From a virus (Duplodnaviria; Caudoviricetes), in IMG/VR virus record IMGVR_UViG_3300037258_000171, positions 927 through 64,926 of that record: a DNA stretch of 64,000 bases. The stretch is one strand, 5' to 3'. The notes beneath the pieces were generated by a model. That model was not told where the DNA came from, made no database searches, and was given only the letters and a program-made list of their open reading frames with translations. Position numbers and translations under genes: made by a program. Numbering within the stretch: the first letter of the stretch is position 1; every line of letters starts with the position of its first letter. Of this stretch, positions 35,122 through 43,793 are shown one piece after another.

Positions 35122-35829
35122 TCAGACGGACGGCCCGTCCTGGCCAGTCCACATCTGGCTGTTGGCGATGTAACCGCCAGTCAGCTTGTTCTCCGGCTCG
35201 CCGAACAGCTGGTTGACCGGCTTCTTGCTGCCCGCGTTGACGGTCAGCGAGATGGGATGCGAAAAGCCGGTGAAGCCAGCCGACACCAGCGGCGTGTACC
35301 AGTGGCCGCTGGTGAAGTGGGCGTTGGCCAGGTCGCCGATCCACAGCGAGCCCGCGTCCGCGCCGCAATTGCGCAGCGTCACGTGCTCGCCCGCGAACTC
35401 CGGCAGCGCGAGGCCGGCACACAAACCGGTCTCATTGCCGAACGGAGACACGTCTGCCTCGTAGATCGGGTAGCTGGGGTATTTCAGGCACGCGTACGAC
35501 GTGGAGGACAGCAGGCCCTGCGGGTTGGTCGCCGACTGGCAGAACTGCGAGACGGTGCCCACCTTCCCGCCAGTCACGTCCTCGTTGACCTGAGTGTCCG
35601 TCTTGAAGTGCAGATTGACCTTCTGGCCGACCTTCGCGCCGACCCCGGTGTCCCCGGGCACGTAGGCGTTGACGATCTGCGACGTCCCCAGCTCCAGGCT
35701 GGAGATGTCAATGCAGTGGTGCCCGCAGGCCGGCGTAGCGCCCGGGTGCACCGACGCGGAGGCGGCAGCGGGCAGTCCTGCGACTGCCAGGGCCGCGATG
35801 CCCGCGACGGCAAGAGTGATGCGGTTCAT
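35122..35829 (-). CDS. secreted protein, possibly ricin-B/beta-trefoil-like
   Basis: Sec signal peptide ending AASA; paired Cys; GLCAG...VTLRNCG...LW and NSQMW motifs. Confidence 0.7.
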   Translation of the reverse strand: MNRITLAVAGIAALAVAGLPAAASASVHPGATPACGHHCIDISSLELGTSQIVNAYVPGDTGVGAKVGQKVNLHFKTDTQVNEDVTGGKVGTVSQFCQSATNPQGLLSSTSYACLKYPSYPIYEADVSPFGNETGLCAGLALPEFAGEHVTLRNCGADAGSLWIGDLANAHFTSGHWYTPLVSAGFTGFSHPISLTVNAGSKKPVNQLFGEPENKLTGGYIANSQMWTGQDGPSV

Positions 35830-35970
35830 GCGTTTCCTTCCTGAGATGCATCTCTGGTTCCCGCCCCCCGGCTCGCGTGGTCCGGGGCAACTGCTTACGC
35901 GCGGCGGCTGCGCGGTCCTGCTCGCCCGTTGCGCCGGGCGCCCTCGCCGTGAAGCGGGGGAAGTCTTGGG

Positions 35971-36219
35971 TCAGAACTCGCGATGACCCTCCAGGCCCTG
36001 GAGTGCCCCGGCGGGCGGCAGGCTGTCGTCGCGGTGATGCTGCTCGATATGCCGGCGGCGGCCCTCAACCGCCTCAGCGCGATCGCGGTAGAACTCGCTG
36101 TCCACGTTGCCGTTGCACTCCGGGTGCTGGCAGATCACCTCATACACGCGCTGGACGCTCACCATCGACGCCCGGAACTTCTCGGGCGCGGGCCTGGGCT
36201 CCCATCCGCGCCGGCTCAC
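35971..36219 (-). CDS. hypothetical zinc-finger-like protein
   Basis: CQHPEC...HIEQHH; GTGA-coupled to the excisionase. Confidence 0.5.
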   Translation of the reverse strand: MSRRGWEPRPAPEKFRASMVSVQRVYEVICQHPECNGNVDSEFYRDRAEAVEGRRRHIEQHHRDDSLPPAGALQGLEGHREF

Positions 36220-36500
36220 GACGCCTTCTGTTCCGGGTGGTCGTCCGACTCGGCGGACTCAGCGGCGTTGCTCTTGGCCCGCTTCTGCTCAGCGCTCTTG
36301 CGGTCCAGGTAGGCGGTGATCTCCTCAACGCGGATCTTGCGAATCCGCGGGCCGAGCAGCACCGAGGGCAGCTCGCCGGTACGCAGGAGGCTGAACAAGG
36401 TCGCCTTGCTGACGCCCAGCGCCTCCATGGCCTGCTTCGGGCTTAAGACGAGCGCCTTCTGCGGCTGCTCGCCGTCACCGCTGCTGGTGTTAGTGCTCAC
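36216..36500 (-). CDS. xis: excisionase (HTH_17)
   Basis: VLSPKQAMEALGVSKATLFSLLRTGELPSVLLGPRIRKI; divergent from the repressor and integrase. Confidence 0.85.
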   Translation of the reverse strand: MSTNTSSGDGEQPQKALVLSPKQAMEALGVSKATLFSLLRTGELPSVLLGPRIRKIRVEEITAYLDRKSAEQKRAKSNAAESAESDDHPEQKAS

Positions 36501-36565
36501 ACCGAAACCGTAGCACACCTAAAGTGCACGCGGGTCAACATCAGACTGATGTAGGCTTCACCGGT
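36501..36565. promoter_or_regulatory. divergent promoters for xis and repressor, probably leaderless
   Basis: TGC-TACGGT 6 nt before the xis GTG (- strand); TAGGCT 8 nt before the repressor ATG (+ strand). Confidence 0.55.
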
Positions 36566-37015
36566 ATGGCAGAGGATCCGTTGCTGATGGCCGATACCTG
36601 GCTCATCCGCAACATCAAGCAGGAGCGCGAAGCGCGCGGACTGTCCCAGGGGGCGCTCGCTGCCCAGATGCACGACCTCGGATTCAAGTTCGCGCAGCAG
36701 ACCATCGGCCGCATCGAGAAGGGCCAGCGGACCGTCAGCGGCGGCGAGGCCCTGGCCTTCGCCCGGCTGTTCGGGCGGGAGCTGAACGACCTGTTCCAGG
36801 CGCCCGACGTGACGAAGTACCAGGCCGACCTGCGGCACAAGACGCGGAACCTGCAGGAGACCGAGGCGTACGCCAACGGCGCGATGATCAGCCACCAGAC
36901 GGCCGCCGCCGAGCTCAGCAGCCTCGTCGCAGACCTCCGGGCCGGTCCGCACGCCGCGGCTCTGGCCGAGGAGCTGGACGCCGCCGAGAAGGCACTCAAG
37001 GGAGGGCGGCCATGA
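36566..37015 (+). CDS. XRE-family immunity repressor
   Basis: IKQEREARGLSQGALAAQM...QQTIGRIEKGQR; co-transcribed with the integrase. Confidence 0.85.
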   Translation: MAEDPLLMADTWLIRNIKQEREARGLSQGALAAQMHDLGFKFAQQTIGRIEKGQRTVSGGEALAFARLFGRELNDLFQAPDVTKYQADLRHKTRNLQETEAYANGAMISHQTAAAELSSLVADLRAGPHAAALAEELDAAEKALKGGRP

Positions 37016-38391
37016 CCGGCACCCGCAAGGACAACGGCGAGTCCTGGGTAGGCACCGAGAAGAACGCGCGCGGCTACTACGAGGCCAGTGTGTGGATGGG
37101 CGTGAAGGGCAACGGCCGGCCGGACCGGCGCCACGTCCAGCGCAAGAGCCAGAAGGCGGTCAAGGAGCGGGTCAAGGAACTGGAGCGCAAGCGTGACCTC
37201 GGCCAGTCAGTCAAGGCCGGGAAGGCGCCCACCGTCCAGCAGATGCTTGAGCGGCACCTGACCGTCGTGCTCCCCCAGCGCGGAGTGTCGCCGACGACCA
37301 TCCGCGGGTACCGGTCGCAGTGCCGGACCGACATCTTCCCCCGGTGGGGTGCGCAGCGCATCGACCGGCTCCAGGCCGAGGACATCGAGGAAGGCCTGGC
37401 CGACATGCTTGCCGAGGGCAAGTCAGCGGCAACCGTCGTCAAGGCCAGGGCGATCCTGTCGGCCGCCCTGGCGGATCAGGTGAAGCGCGAGCGCATCGCC
37501 CGCAACCCGTGCGCCATCATCCGGCCGACCAAGATCCCCGACCGGAAGATGGCGTCACTGTCCGAGGACGAGGCGATGCGCGTGCTGGACGCCGCGGCGA
37601 AGCACGTGAACGCGCCGCGGTGGTCGCTGGCGATCCTGCGGGGCCTGCGGCAGGGCGAGGTGCTGGGACCGCGGTGGGACGACCTGGACCTGAACGCCGG
37701 GCGCCTGCTGATCCACCGGCAGCTGCAGCGGCTCACCTGGTCGCACGGATGCGCCGACCAGGACCGCGCGCAGTACGCCGACATGAACGATGAGAAGAAG
37801 CGCAAGGCGCGGCTGGCCATCGAGCACGCCTGCGCGGCACCGCACTGCAAGGTGAAGCCGTGCAAGAAGGTCAAGGGGAAGTGCCGGCTGCACACCCGCG
37901 AGTGCCCGCCGCCGTGCCCGGCGGACTGCACCGACCACGCCCGGCTGTGCCCGCACCGCAAGGGCGGCGGCCTGGTGTTCCGCGAGATCAAGGAGAACCG
38001 CCAGAAGACCGTCCGGCTGACCGCGCCGCTCATCGCCGAGCTGAAGGGCCACCGTGACGCCCAGTTCCTTCAGAAGGAGACGACGGGGGAGTTGTGGGAT
38101 GACCACGGGCTGATCTTCTGCCGGTGGAACGGGAAGCCGGTTGACCCGCGCCGGGACTACGGCGAGTGGCAGCAGATCCTGAAGGAGGCCGGCCTGCCCC
38201 GGCACCGGCTGCACGCGCTGCGGCACTCGGCCGCGTCAATCGCGCTGGACGGCGGGGCGGACATCGCCGTCGTCCAGGAGATGCTGGGCCACTCCGATAT
38301 CCGGATGACGCGCCGCTACGCCCATCCCTCGGACGCCCGGCATGACGAGATGGGCCGCCAGATGGACCGTCTCCTGGGGGGCGGGAAATGA
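37012..38391 (+). CDS. int: tyrosine integrase
   Basis: Catalytic GLRQGE, HALRH, LGH, RRYAH; Cys/His-rich insertion. Confidence 0.95.
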   Translation: MTGTRKDNGESWVGTEKNARGYYEASVWMGVKGNGRPDRRHVQRKSQKAVKERVKELERKRDLGQSVKAGKAPTVQQMLERHLTVVLPQRGVSPTTIRGYRSQCRTDIFPRWGAQRIDRLQAEDIEEGLADMLAEGKSAATVVKARAILSAALADQVKRERIARNPCAIIRPTKIPDRKMASLSEDEAMRVLDAAAKHVNAPRWSLAILRGLRQGEVLGPRWDDLDLNAGRLLIHRQLQRLTWSHGCADQDRAQYADMNDEKKRKARLAIEHACAAPHCKVKPCKKVKGKCRLHTRECPPPCPADCTDHARLCPHRKGGGLVFREIKENRQKTVRLTAPLIAELKGHRDAQFLQKETTGELWDDHGLIFCRWNGKPVDPRRDYGEWQQILKEAGLPRHRLHALRHSAASIALDGGADIAVVQEMLGHSDIRMTRRYAHPSDARHDEMGRQMDRLLGGGK

Positions 38392-38403
38392 CCCGCCAGG
38401 CCG

Positions 38404-38639
38404 AGAACTGCTACCAGAACTGCTCCCATCCGGGAAGATCAACGATCTTGGTTACGGAGTTTTCCCAGGTCACGGGTGGAGCCGCCTATCGGAATCGAAC
38501 CGATGACCTATTCATTACGAGTTCCCACCCACTAGGTATATCGGGGGTCGCTCAGGTTTCTCCGGTCCAGGTCAGGCCGAGTTGCGTCCCTGCTATACCC
38601 CAGCATCCCCCAAAGAACTGCTCCCATAAATGTTCCCAC
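38404..38639. other. attP region with arm-type direct repeats
   Basis: AACTGCTACCA/AACTGCTCCCA pair at about 38406-38429 and AACTGCTCCCA/AATGTTCCCA pair at about 38616-38638, one pair on each side of the core. Confidence 0.8.
38477..38522 (-). other. attP common core, equal to the 3' half of tRNA-Thr(CGT)
   Basis: The - strand reads ACTCGTAATGAATAGGTCATCGGTTCGATTCCGATAGGCGGCTCCA: anticodon loop CGT, T-arm GGTTCGATTCC, acceptor strand and CCA. No 5' half is present. Confidence 0.9.
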
Positions 38640-38668
38640 GATGTCTTCCCGCGGACAGGATCCCGGCC

Positions 38669-39226
38669 ATGACCAGCACCCTCCCGGACCGCCCGGCACG
38701 TGCGTACGTGCCCCTCTGGAAGATCGCCTCGTACTGGGCGACTCGCGGAATCTTCTGGGTCGAGCTCGACTACCCGTGGTGCTTCGGCTGCGGCAAGGAT
38801 GCCGACGTCGATGAGAGCATGCCCCGCGACGAGCGCTGGAATGCGGCCAGCACCTTCCTTGAGCGCGCCCATCTTGCCGACCGGGCCTGGAATGGCCTGG
38901 ATCAGGTCCAGAACATCGTGCCCCTGTGCGGACTGTGCCACCGCGTCATGCCGTCCTTCACTGACGGCCGGGAGGCGATCAAGTGGGTGCAGGGCGGAGG
39001 GCACCGTCAGGTGAGCGGGCGGCAGCTCGACAAGCTGATCGCCAAGTTCCGCCGCGGGGACATAGACCTGACCCAGTTCGGGACGAGGGTTGCGAGCGTG
39101 CTTCACATCCCGAAGTCGGCGGGGATCCAGATCGTCACGGAGGCTGAGGACAATTACCGGCGTGTCCAGCGGGGGAAGAAGCCACCGACGAAGCAGGTGC
39201 CGGCGCAGGACATGATGTTCTCCTAG
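38669..39226 (+). CDS. HNH endonuclease-like protein
   Basis: WCFGCG...LERAHL...NIVPLCGLCH. Confidence 0.75.
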   Translation: MTSTLPDRPARAYVPLWKIASYWATRGIFWVELDYPWCFGCGKDADVDESMPRDERWNAASTFLERAHLADRAWNGLDQVQNIVPLCGLCHRVMPSFTDGREAIKWVQGGGHRQVSGRQLDKLIAKFRRGDIDLTQFGTRVASVLHIPKSAGIQIVTEAEDNYRRVQRGKKPPTKQVPAQDMMFS

Positions 39227-39235
39227 ACATGCCCC

Positions 39236-39271
39236 GGCCCCCGCCGCAGCCCCCAGGTTGCGACGGGGGCC
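39236..39271. terminator. hairpin between the convergent HNH and rtcB genes
   Basis: ggcccccgccgcagc-loop-gttgcgacgggggcc. Confidence 0.55.
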
Positions 39272-39360
39272 GTATAGGTCCCCAGCATGGTCAAGCCTAG
39301 TGGTGCGGGGGTGCTTGCCGGCCGGTGCGGATGTCTAAGATGTCCGCAGGAGCAGGCCGG

Positions 39361-40515
39361 TCAGCCTTTGTAGTTGAACACCTGGTGCAGTGTGTGCTCG
39401 ATCGCGGCGAGGTCGCGCTGGTCTGCCATGACCTTGTCCACGTCCTTGTACGCCTCAGGGTGCTCATCCACCAGGTCCCCGGCGCGGTCGGAGTTCCACG
39501 TGCGGTCGCCCATCGCCAACGTGAGCGACTCGGCAGTCAGCTTCCGCCGGGCATCACCGCGCGACATCCTGCGCCCGGCTCCGTGGGAGCAGGAGTCATA
39601 GGACGCCGCGCTGCCGAGGCCGCGGACGATGTAGGAGCGCGTACCCATCGACCCGGGGATGATCCCCATGTCCCCGCTGGCCGCCTTGATGGCGCCCTTC
39701 CGGGTGATCCACATGTCCCGGCCGTGGTGGTGCTCCATAGCCGTGAAGTTGTGATGGCAGTTCGTGGTGGCGACGACGGCGCCGCATCCGACTACCTCGA
39801 ACAGCGAGCGGGCGATGGCTGAGTTCATCCTCGCCCGCGACGCCATCGCATAGCGCTGGCACCAGAGCATGTCCTCGATGTAGGCCGTGAACTCCGGCGT
39901 GCCCTGCACCAGGTAGGCGAGGTCGGGATCCTCCAGTTCGATGAACCACTGCTTCATCAGCTTGCGGGCCTTGTCGATGTGGGTCTTCGCGAGCTGGTTG
40001 CCGATGCCGCGCGACCCGCTGTGCAGGACAGTCCAGACGTGGTCCCGCTCATCCAGGCAGACCTCTACGAAGTGGTTGCCCGATCCGAGGGTGCCGAACT
40101 GGCAGCCGACTGTGTTGACCTGCTTGCCGGTCAGGTCGCTGTGCGGGTCTCCGAGCTCGCCGAGGGCGGAGTCCGTGGCCGGGTCATCGTGGCCCTTGCC
40201 GACGCCGGCCGGGATCCGCTGCTCAACCAGCGGCATCAGGGCGGCGAGGTTGTCGGGCAGGTCTTCCGCCTTCAGCGTGGTCTCGCTGGCAACCATCCCG
40301 CAGCCGATATCAACCCCGACCGCGGCGGGGATTATGGCTCCGCGCGTCGGGATGACAGAGCCGACCGTGGACCCGATGCCGTAATGCGCGTCAGGCATGA
40401 GCGCGACGTGGCCCTGGATGAACGGCAGGCGCGAGGTCCGGGCCGCCTGCTCGACAGTGCCGGACTCGATGTCGCTGGCCCATGACAGCAGGGCCGGGGC
40501 TAGCTTCTCGGGCAT
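39361..40515 (-). CDS. rtcB: RtcB RNA-splicing/repair ligase
   Basis: MPDAH, GVDIGCGM, GSGNHF, HSGSRG, HHN, PGSMG, SHGAGR, DEHPEAYKD. Confidence 0.97.
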   Translation of the reverse strand: MPEKLAPALLSWASDIESGTVEQAARTSRLPFIQGHVALMPDAHYGIGSTVGSVIPTRGAIIPAAVGVDIGCGMVASETTLKAEDLPDNLAALMPLVEQRIPAGVGKGHDDPATDSALGELGDPHSDLTGKQVNTVGCQFGTLGSGNHFVEVCLDERDHVWTVLHSGSRGIGNQLAKTHIDKARKLMKQWFIELEDPDLAYLVQGTPEFTAYIEDMLWCQRYAMASRARMNSAIARSLFEVVGCGAVVATTNCHHNFTAMEHHHGRDMWITRKGAIKAASGDMGIIPGSMGTRSYIVRGLGSAASYDSCSHGAGRRMSRGDARRKLTAESLTLAMGDRTWNSDRAGDLVDEHPEAYKDVDKVMADQRDLAAIEHTLHQVFNYKG

Positions 40516-40547
40516 CCTTCTATCCTCCAGTTGATCAGTAAGGTCAG

Positions 40548-40784
40548 CTACTCGTTATCGGTGCTCTGGACCTTCGCCTGCTCGTGCGCGGCCTGCTGCC
40601 TGCGGTGTGCCTCCGCCGCTTCCAGGCAGGCAGCGGACAGGGCCTCAGCGTCCTCCGGGCTGGAGAATGTGATGCTCGCCCCTGCCAGGCCCACAGATGA
40701 GTACGTGCGCCCCTGCGGGTCAGTCCAGGCGCGGCCGTGGCGTGGTGTCCCCAGGTCTGACCAGGTGCTTATGTCGCTGCTCAT
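40548..40784 (-). CDS. hypothetical protein
   Basis: ATGA-coupled to the ASCH gene. Confidence 0.55.
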   Translation of the reverse strand: MSSDISTWSDLGTPRHGRAWTDPQGRTYSSVGLAGASITFSSPEDAEALSAACLEAAEAHRRQQAAHEQAKVQSTDNE

Positions 40785-41164
40785 GACGGCTGGTCCTCTC
40801 CGGCCGGGTCGGGGGCCTCGGCGTCCAGGTAGCGCCACTCGATGCGCGTCACCAGAGACTCCGGCGTGCAGCCCTTGTGCGAGCCGCAGAAGAACTCCAC
40901 GAACTCGGCGGGCGTCCAGTCCGGGAAGCCCTCGGCGGCGACCTCAGCCGGGGTGATCAGGTCCAGGCGCTCACGGCGCACCGACAGGACCAGGACGTCC
41001 GTGATGCGCTCCAGCGGCTCGCCCTTGCGCCGGCCCATGACCTTGCGGCAGAGGGTGAGGCGGTCGCCCTCGCGGAGCATCAGCCAGCCGGCGCGGCGGG
41101 TGACGGTCTTCGAGCGGGCGCGCACCTGGGGCTCGGTGAGCGCGACAGACATCAGGCGTGCCAT
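40781..41164 (-). CDS. ASCH (PUA-like) domain protein
   Basis: SKTVTRR, GDRL, ERLDLIT...AAEGF, VTRIEW. Confidence 0.8.
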   Translation of the reverse strand: MARLMSVALTEPQVRARSKTVTRRAGWLMLREGDRLTLCRKVMGRRKGEPLERITDVLVLSVRRERLDLITPAEVAAEGFPDWTPAEFVEFFCGSHKGCTPESLVTRIEWRYLDAEAPDPAGEDQPS

Positions 41165-42610
41165 CAGTCATCCTCCGTCGCCGGTTCGTAGATGAACCTG
41201 CTGAACGTGTGGACGCCCGGGCAGGCTGTCGGGTCGGCTCCGACGCAGTCCCGCATCTCGTTCTGGACGAGCGGGTAGTCCTGGTCCCGGCGTGCCCACG
41301 CGGTCAGGACGTACTGCGGGGGCTCGGTGCAGGACGAGGCGACGGTCAGGGAGTCCAGGCCGCCGTTCTCCCCGATGACCTGCCAGTAGTCCTCGCGGGT
41401 GATGGTCTCCCAGCGACCTGGCCAGCCGGAGGCGTCAGTGATGCGGCCGGGGGCAGCATCGCTCATCTCGTCCACCTTCCGTGCTTGCAGCCCTCCGCCG
41501 GGCAGCCGTAATGGTCCTGCCACTCCTCGCTGCCCAGGTAGACCTCGGCGTGGCCGTGGACGGGGCACTTCCGGTCGGCGGGGACCAGGTCGTGGTCGTC
41601 CTCGCAGTCGGGGCAGGGGCCGGACGGCTCGGGCTGGGTGGTCAGCCAGGTGTCGAAGGAGTCAGGCAGGCGGGGGGTGTCGGTGCTCACCGGGAAGCCT
41701 CCGCGTCAGGGTCGTCATCGAAGCGGACATGCACCGTCACCGGGACATCCTCGCCGTCCGCGAGGTAGGCGATCGTGTCGGACAGGTGCGCCGGGCACGC
41801 CTCAGCCGGGGAGTAGCCCTCGCCGGGCCGCTCGACGCGGAAGCGCGACGGGGCAGCGCATCCGCCCCAGTAGTCGCTGGTCCAGTCCGCTCCGCAGGAC
41901 GGGAGCTTGCTCATCGGTCAGCCTTCCGGGTAACGGTGACGGCGCTCTGGCAGCGGACGAACACGCGGCCCTCTGAGCTGATGGTCACGTAAGGGTCCGT
42001 TGCCGGGCGGTCCCAGACGCGGGTGACGTGGCCGGCGGCGGGAGTCTCCGTGTTCTCGCGGAAGCTCACGATGTCGTGCAGGCTGATCGCGGTCATCACT
42101 CCCCCTCGGTGTAGCGGCGGACGGCGGTGTAGCGGTCCCCGTGGCGCTCGCTGGATACCAGTGCCCCGTTGTCCAGCCGGTGGTCGATGTCCACGGCCGG
42201 GAAGGTGGTCCCGTCGCCCCAGGGCTTCCGGGTGACGCGGACGCGCTCGGCCAGGATCAGGCAGTCGTCCAGCAGCACCAGGTCGCGCTCCTGAACTTCG
42301 GTCCAGGTGAGGATCTGGTCTGCTACGGCGCTGGGCGGGCAGTGGCTGTCGGCGGAGATGGCGGTCATCGCTAGTTCACCGGCCCCAGGACCACGACGCG
42401 CTCGATGCCCTCTTCCTCGTTGTGGACGGCAGGATCCACGATGTATCCGGAGCAGGACGACTCTGCGGCGTACAGTTCCTCGGTCGCCTCGGCGAGCGGC
42501 GAGAATCCGTTACCCTCGCCGTCCTTCTGGAGGATGACCTTGCGGTCGCGGGGCTGCGTGGCGAGGTAGTCCATCAGGTCGCCAGCGGTGCTGATCTGGT
42601 CGTCGCTCAT
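41164..42610 (-). CDS. run of six small coupled hypothetical genes (41164-41466, 41463-41690, 41687-41914, 41911-42099, 42096-42368, 42371-42610)
   Basis: Overlapping or abutting start and stop codons with SD sequences; the last has the phage-common ILQKDGEGNGFSPL motif. Confidence 0.6.
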
Positions 42611-42613
42611 CAG

Positions 42614-43261
42614 TCAGGCCTCCAGTGCAGCGATGTGCGGGTCGTACAGAGCGGCCTTGGCGTCGGTGTCGGCGGCCAACTTGGCGCAGCGGCGCCGGTT
42701 GTCCTCGTCGCGCAGCGCGGTGTCGGCGGCGTAGCCCCGGAACTCCTCGGCGCGGTCAATGTGCTCCTGCCGGGCGGCCTTCAGCTCAGCCAGCACGGCC
42801 TCGCGGGTCGCCCACTGGTCATCGAAGATCACGGCGGGGCCGTCGTACTCCACCGCCTTCGCCACGTACCAGTGCAGCCCGATCAGGTACATGTGGGCCT
42901 TGCGGTCGTAGAACGCGGCCTTGTAGAAGATGCTGACGCGCTCGCGGCCGAGCGGGTCCGTGATCACCGAGCCCATGCTGTGGTCGGTGGCGCGCTTCTC
43001 CCAGCCCGGCGGGAGCGTGGCCGGCATGAACAGCGGGTCGGACGGGTCCGGGTCGCCGAAGGTGAACCCCAGCGCCTCGAATGCCTCCTTGTCGCGGCAG
43101 TCGGACGGCAGGCTGTCCGAGTGGACTAGCTCGTGCTGTCCCGCGCGCTCCTGGCCGGCGATGAACGTCTCGGGCGAGCCGGTGACCATGCTCTCGGCCA
43201 GCAGTCCCATCTGATTCGCCGGGTCGCGCATGTCGGCGGTCGTGTTGCGGATCTTCGTCAT
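42614..43261 (-). CDS. conserved actinophage hypothetical protein
   Basis: QERAGQHELV...LGFTFG...LPPGW...IFYKAAFYDRKA. Confidence 0.7.
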   Translation of the reverse strand: MTKIRNTTADMRDPANQMGLLAESMVTGSPETFIAGQERAGQHELVHSDSLPSDCRDKEAFEALGFTFGDPDPSDPLFMPATLPPGWEKRATDHSMGSVITDPLGRERVSIFYKAAFYDRKAHMYLIGLHWYVAKAVEYDGPAVIFDDQWATREAVLAELKAARQEHIDRAEEFRGYAADTALRDEDNRRRCAKLAADTDAKAALYDPHIAALEA

Positions 43262-43356
43262 ATCGCTAGTTCTCCCTGGTCTCGTGCTCAGGCTCTGTCT
43301 CAGTGCCCCCGGCCCGTCTTGAGCGGGCAGCAGTCTTAGTGGCGGGGGCGGCGGGG

Positions 43357-43788
43357 CTAGGGCTCCCTGACCGCCAGATGATCAATGCCCCTCATGAACT
43401 GGCCGCCGACGCTGACGAACGAGGGTGCCCAGCCGTCCTCGGTGAACTTGCGCGCGGCTTCGGGCGAGCACTGCTCACGGCCAGCGGCGGGGCTGGACAG
43501 CCACTGCGCTAACTCATCCTTCGTTGCGAAGACCGGCGAGACGGGCGAGCCCTCGCTGACGGTCTGGTACATCTGCCAGCCGAACGGCGTGCCCTCCTTC
43601 AGCTCGGGCATGTAGTCAGCCGGGTCAATCTCGATCAGGTCGTCGGGGTTCTCGGTGTTCCAGTCCAGGTGCCGCAGGAGGTCTTCGCGCGAGTGCAGCG
43701 CGCGGTAGCGCGGCGTCCCGTCGTAGTAGGTGCCGCCCATCTGCGGGTGCTCCCAGTCCAGGGCGACGGGGCGGATCTCACGGCTCAT
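43357..43788 (-). CDS. conserved phage hypothetical protein
   Basis: MSREIRPV...WQMYQTVSEGSPVSPVFAT. Confidence 0.7.
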   Translation of the reverse strand: MSREIRPVALDWEHPQMGGTYYDGTPRYRALHSREDLLRHLDWNTENPDDLIEIDPADYMPELKEGTPFGWQMYQTVSEGSPVSPVFATKDELAQWLSSPAAGREQCSPEAARKFTEDGWAPSFVSVGGQFMRGIDHLAVREP

Positions 43789-43793
43789 CGGTC

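Noticed and set aside
38477-38560. Complete tRNA-Thr gene
   Set aside because: The D-arm and 5' acceptor strand are absent; only the 3' half is present, as expected for attP.
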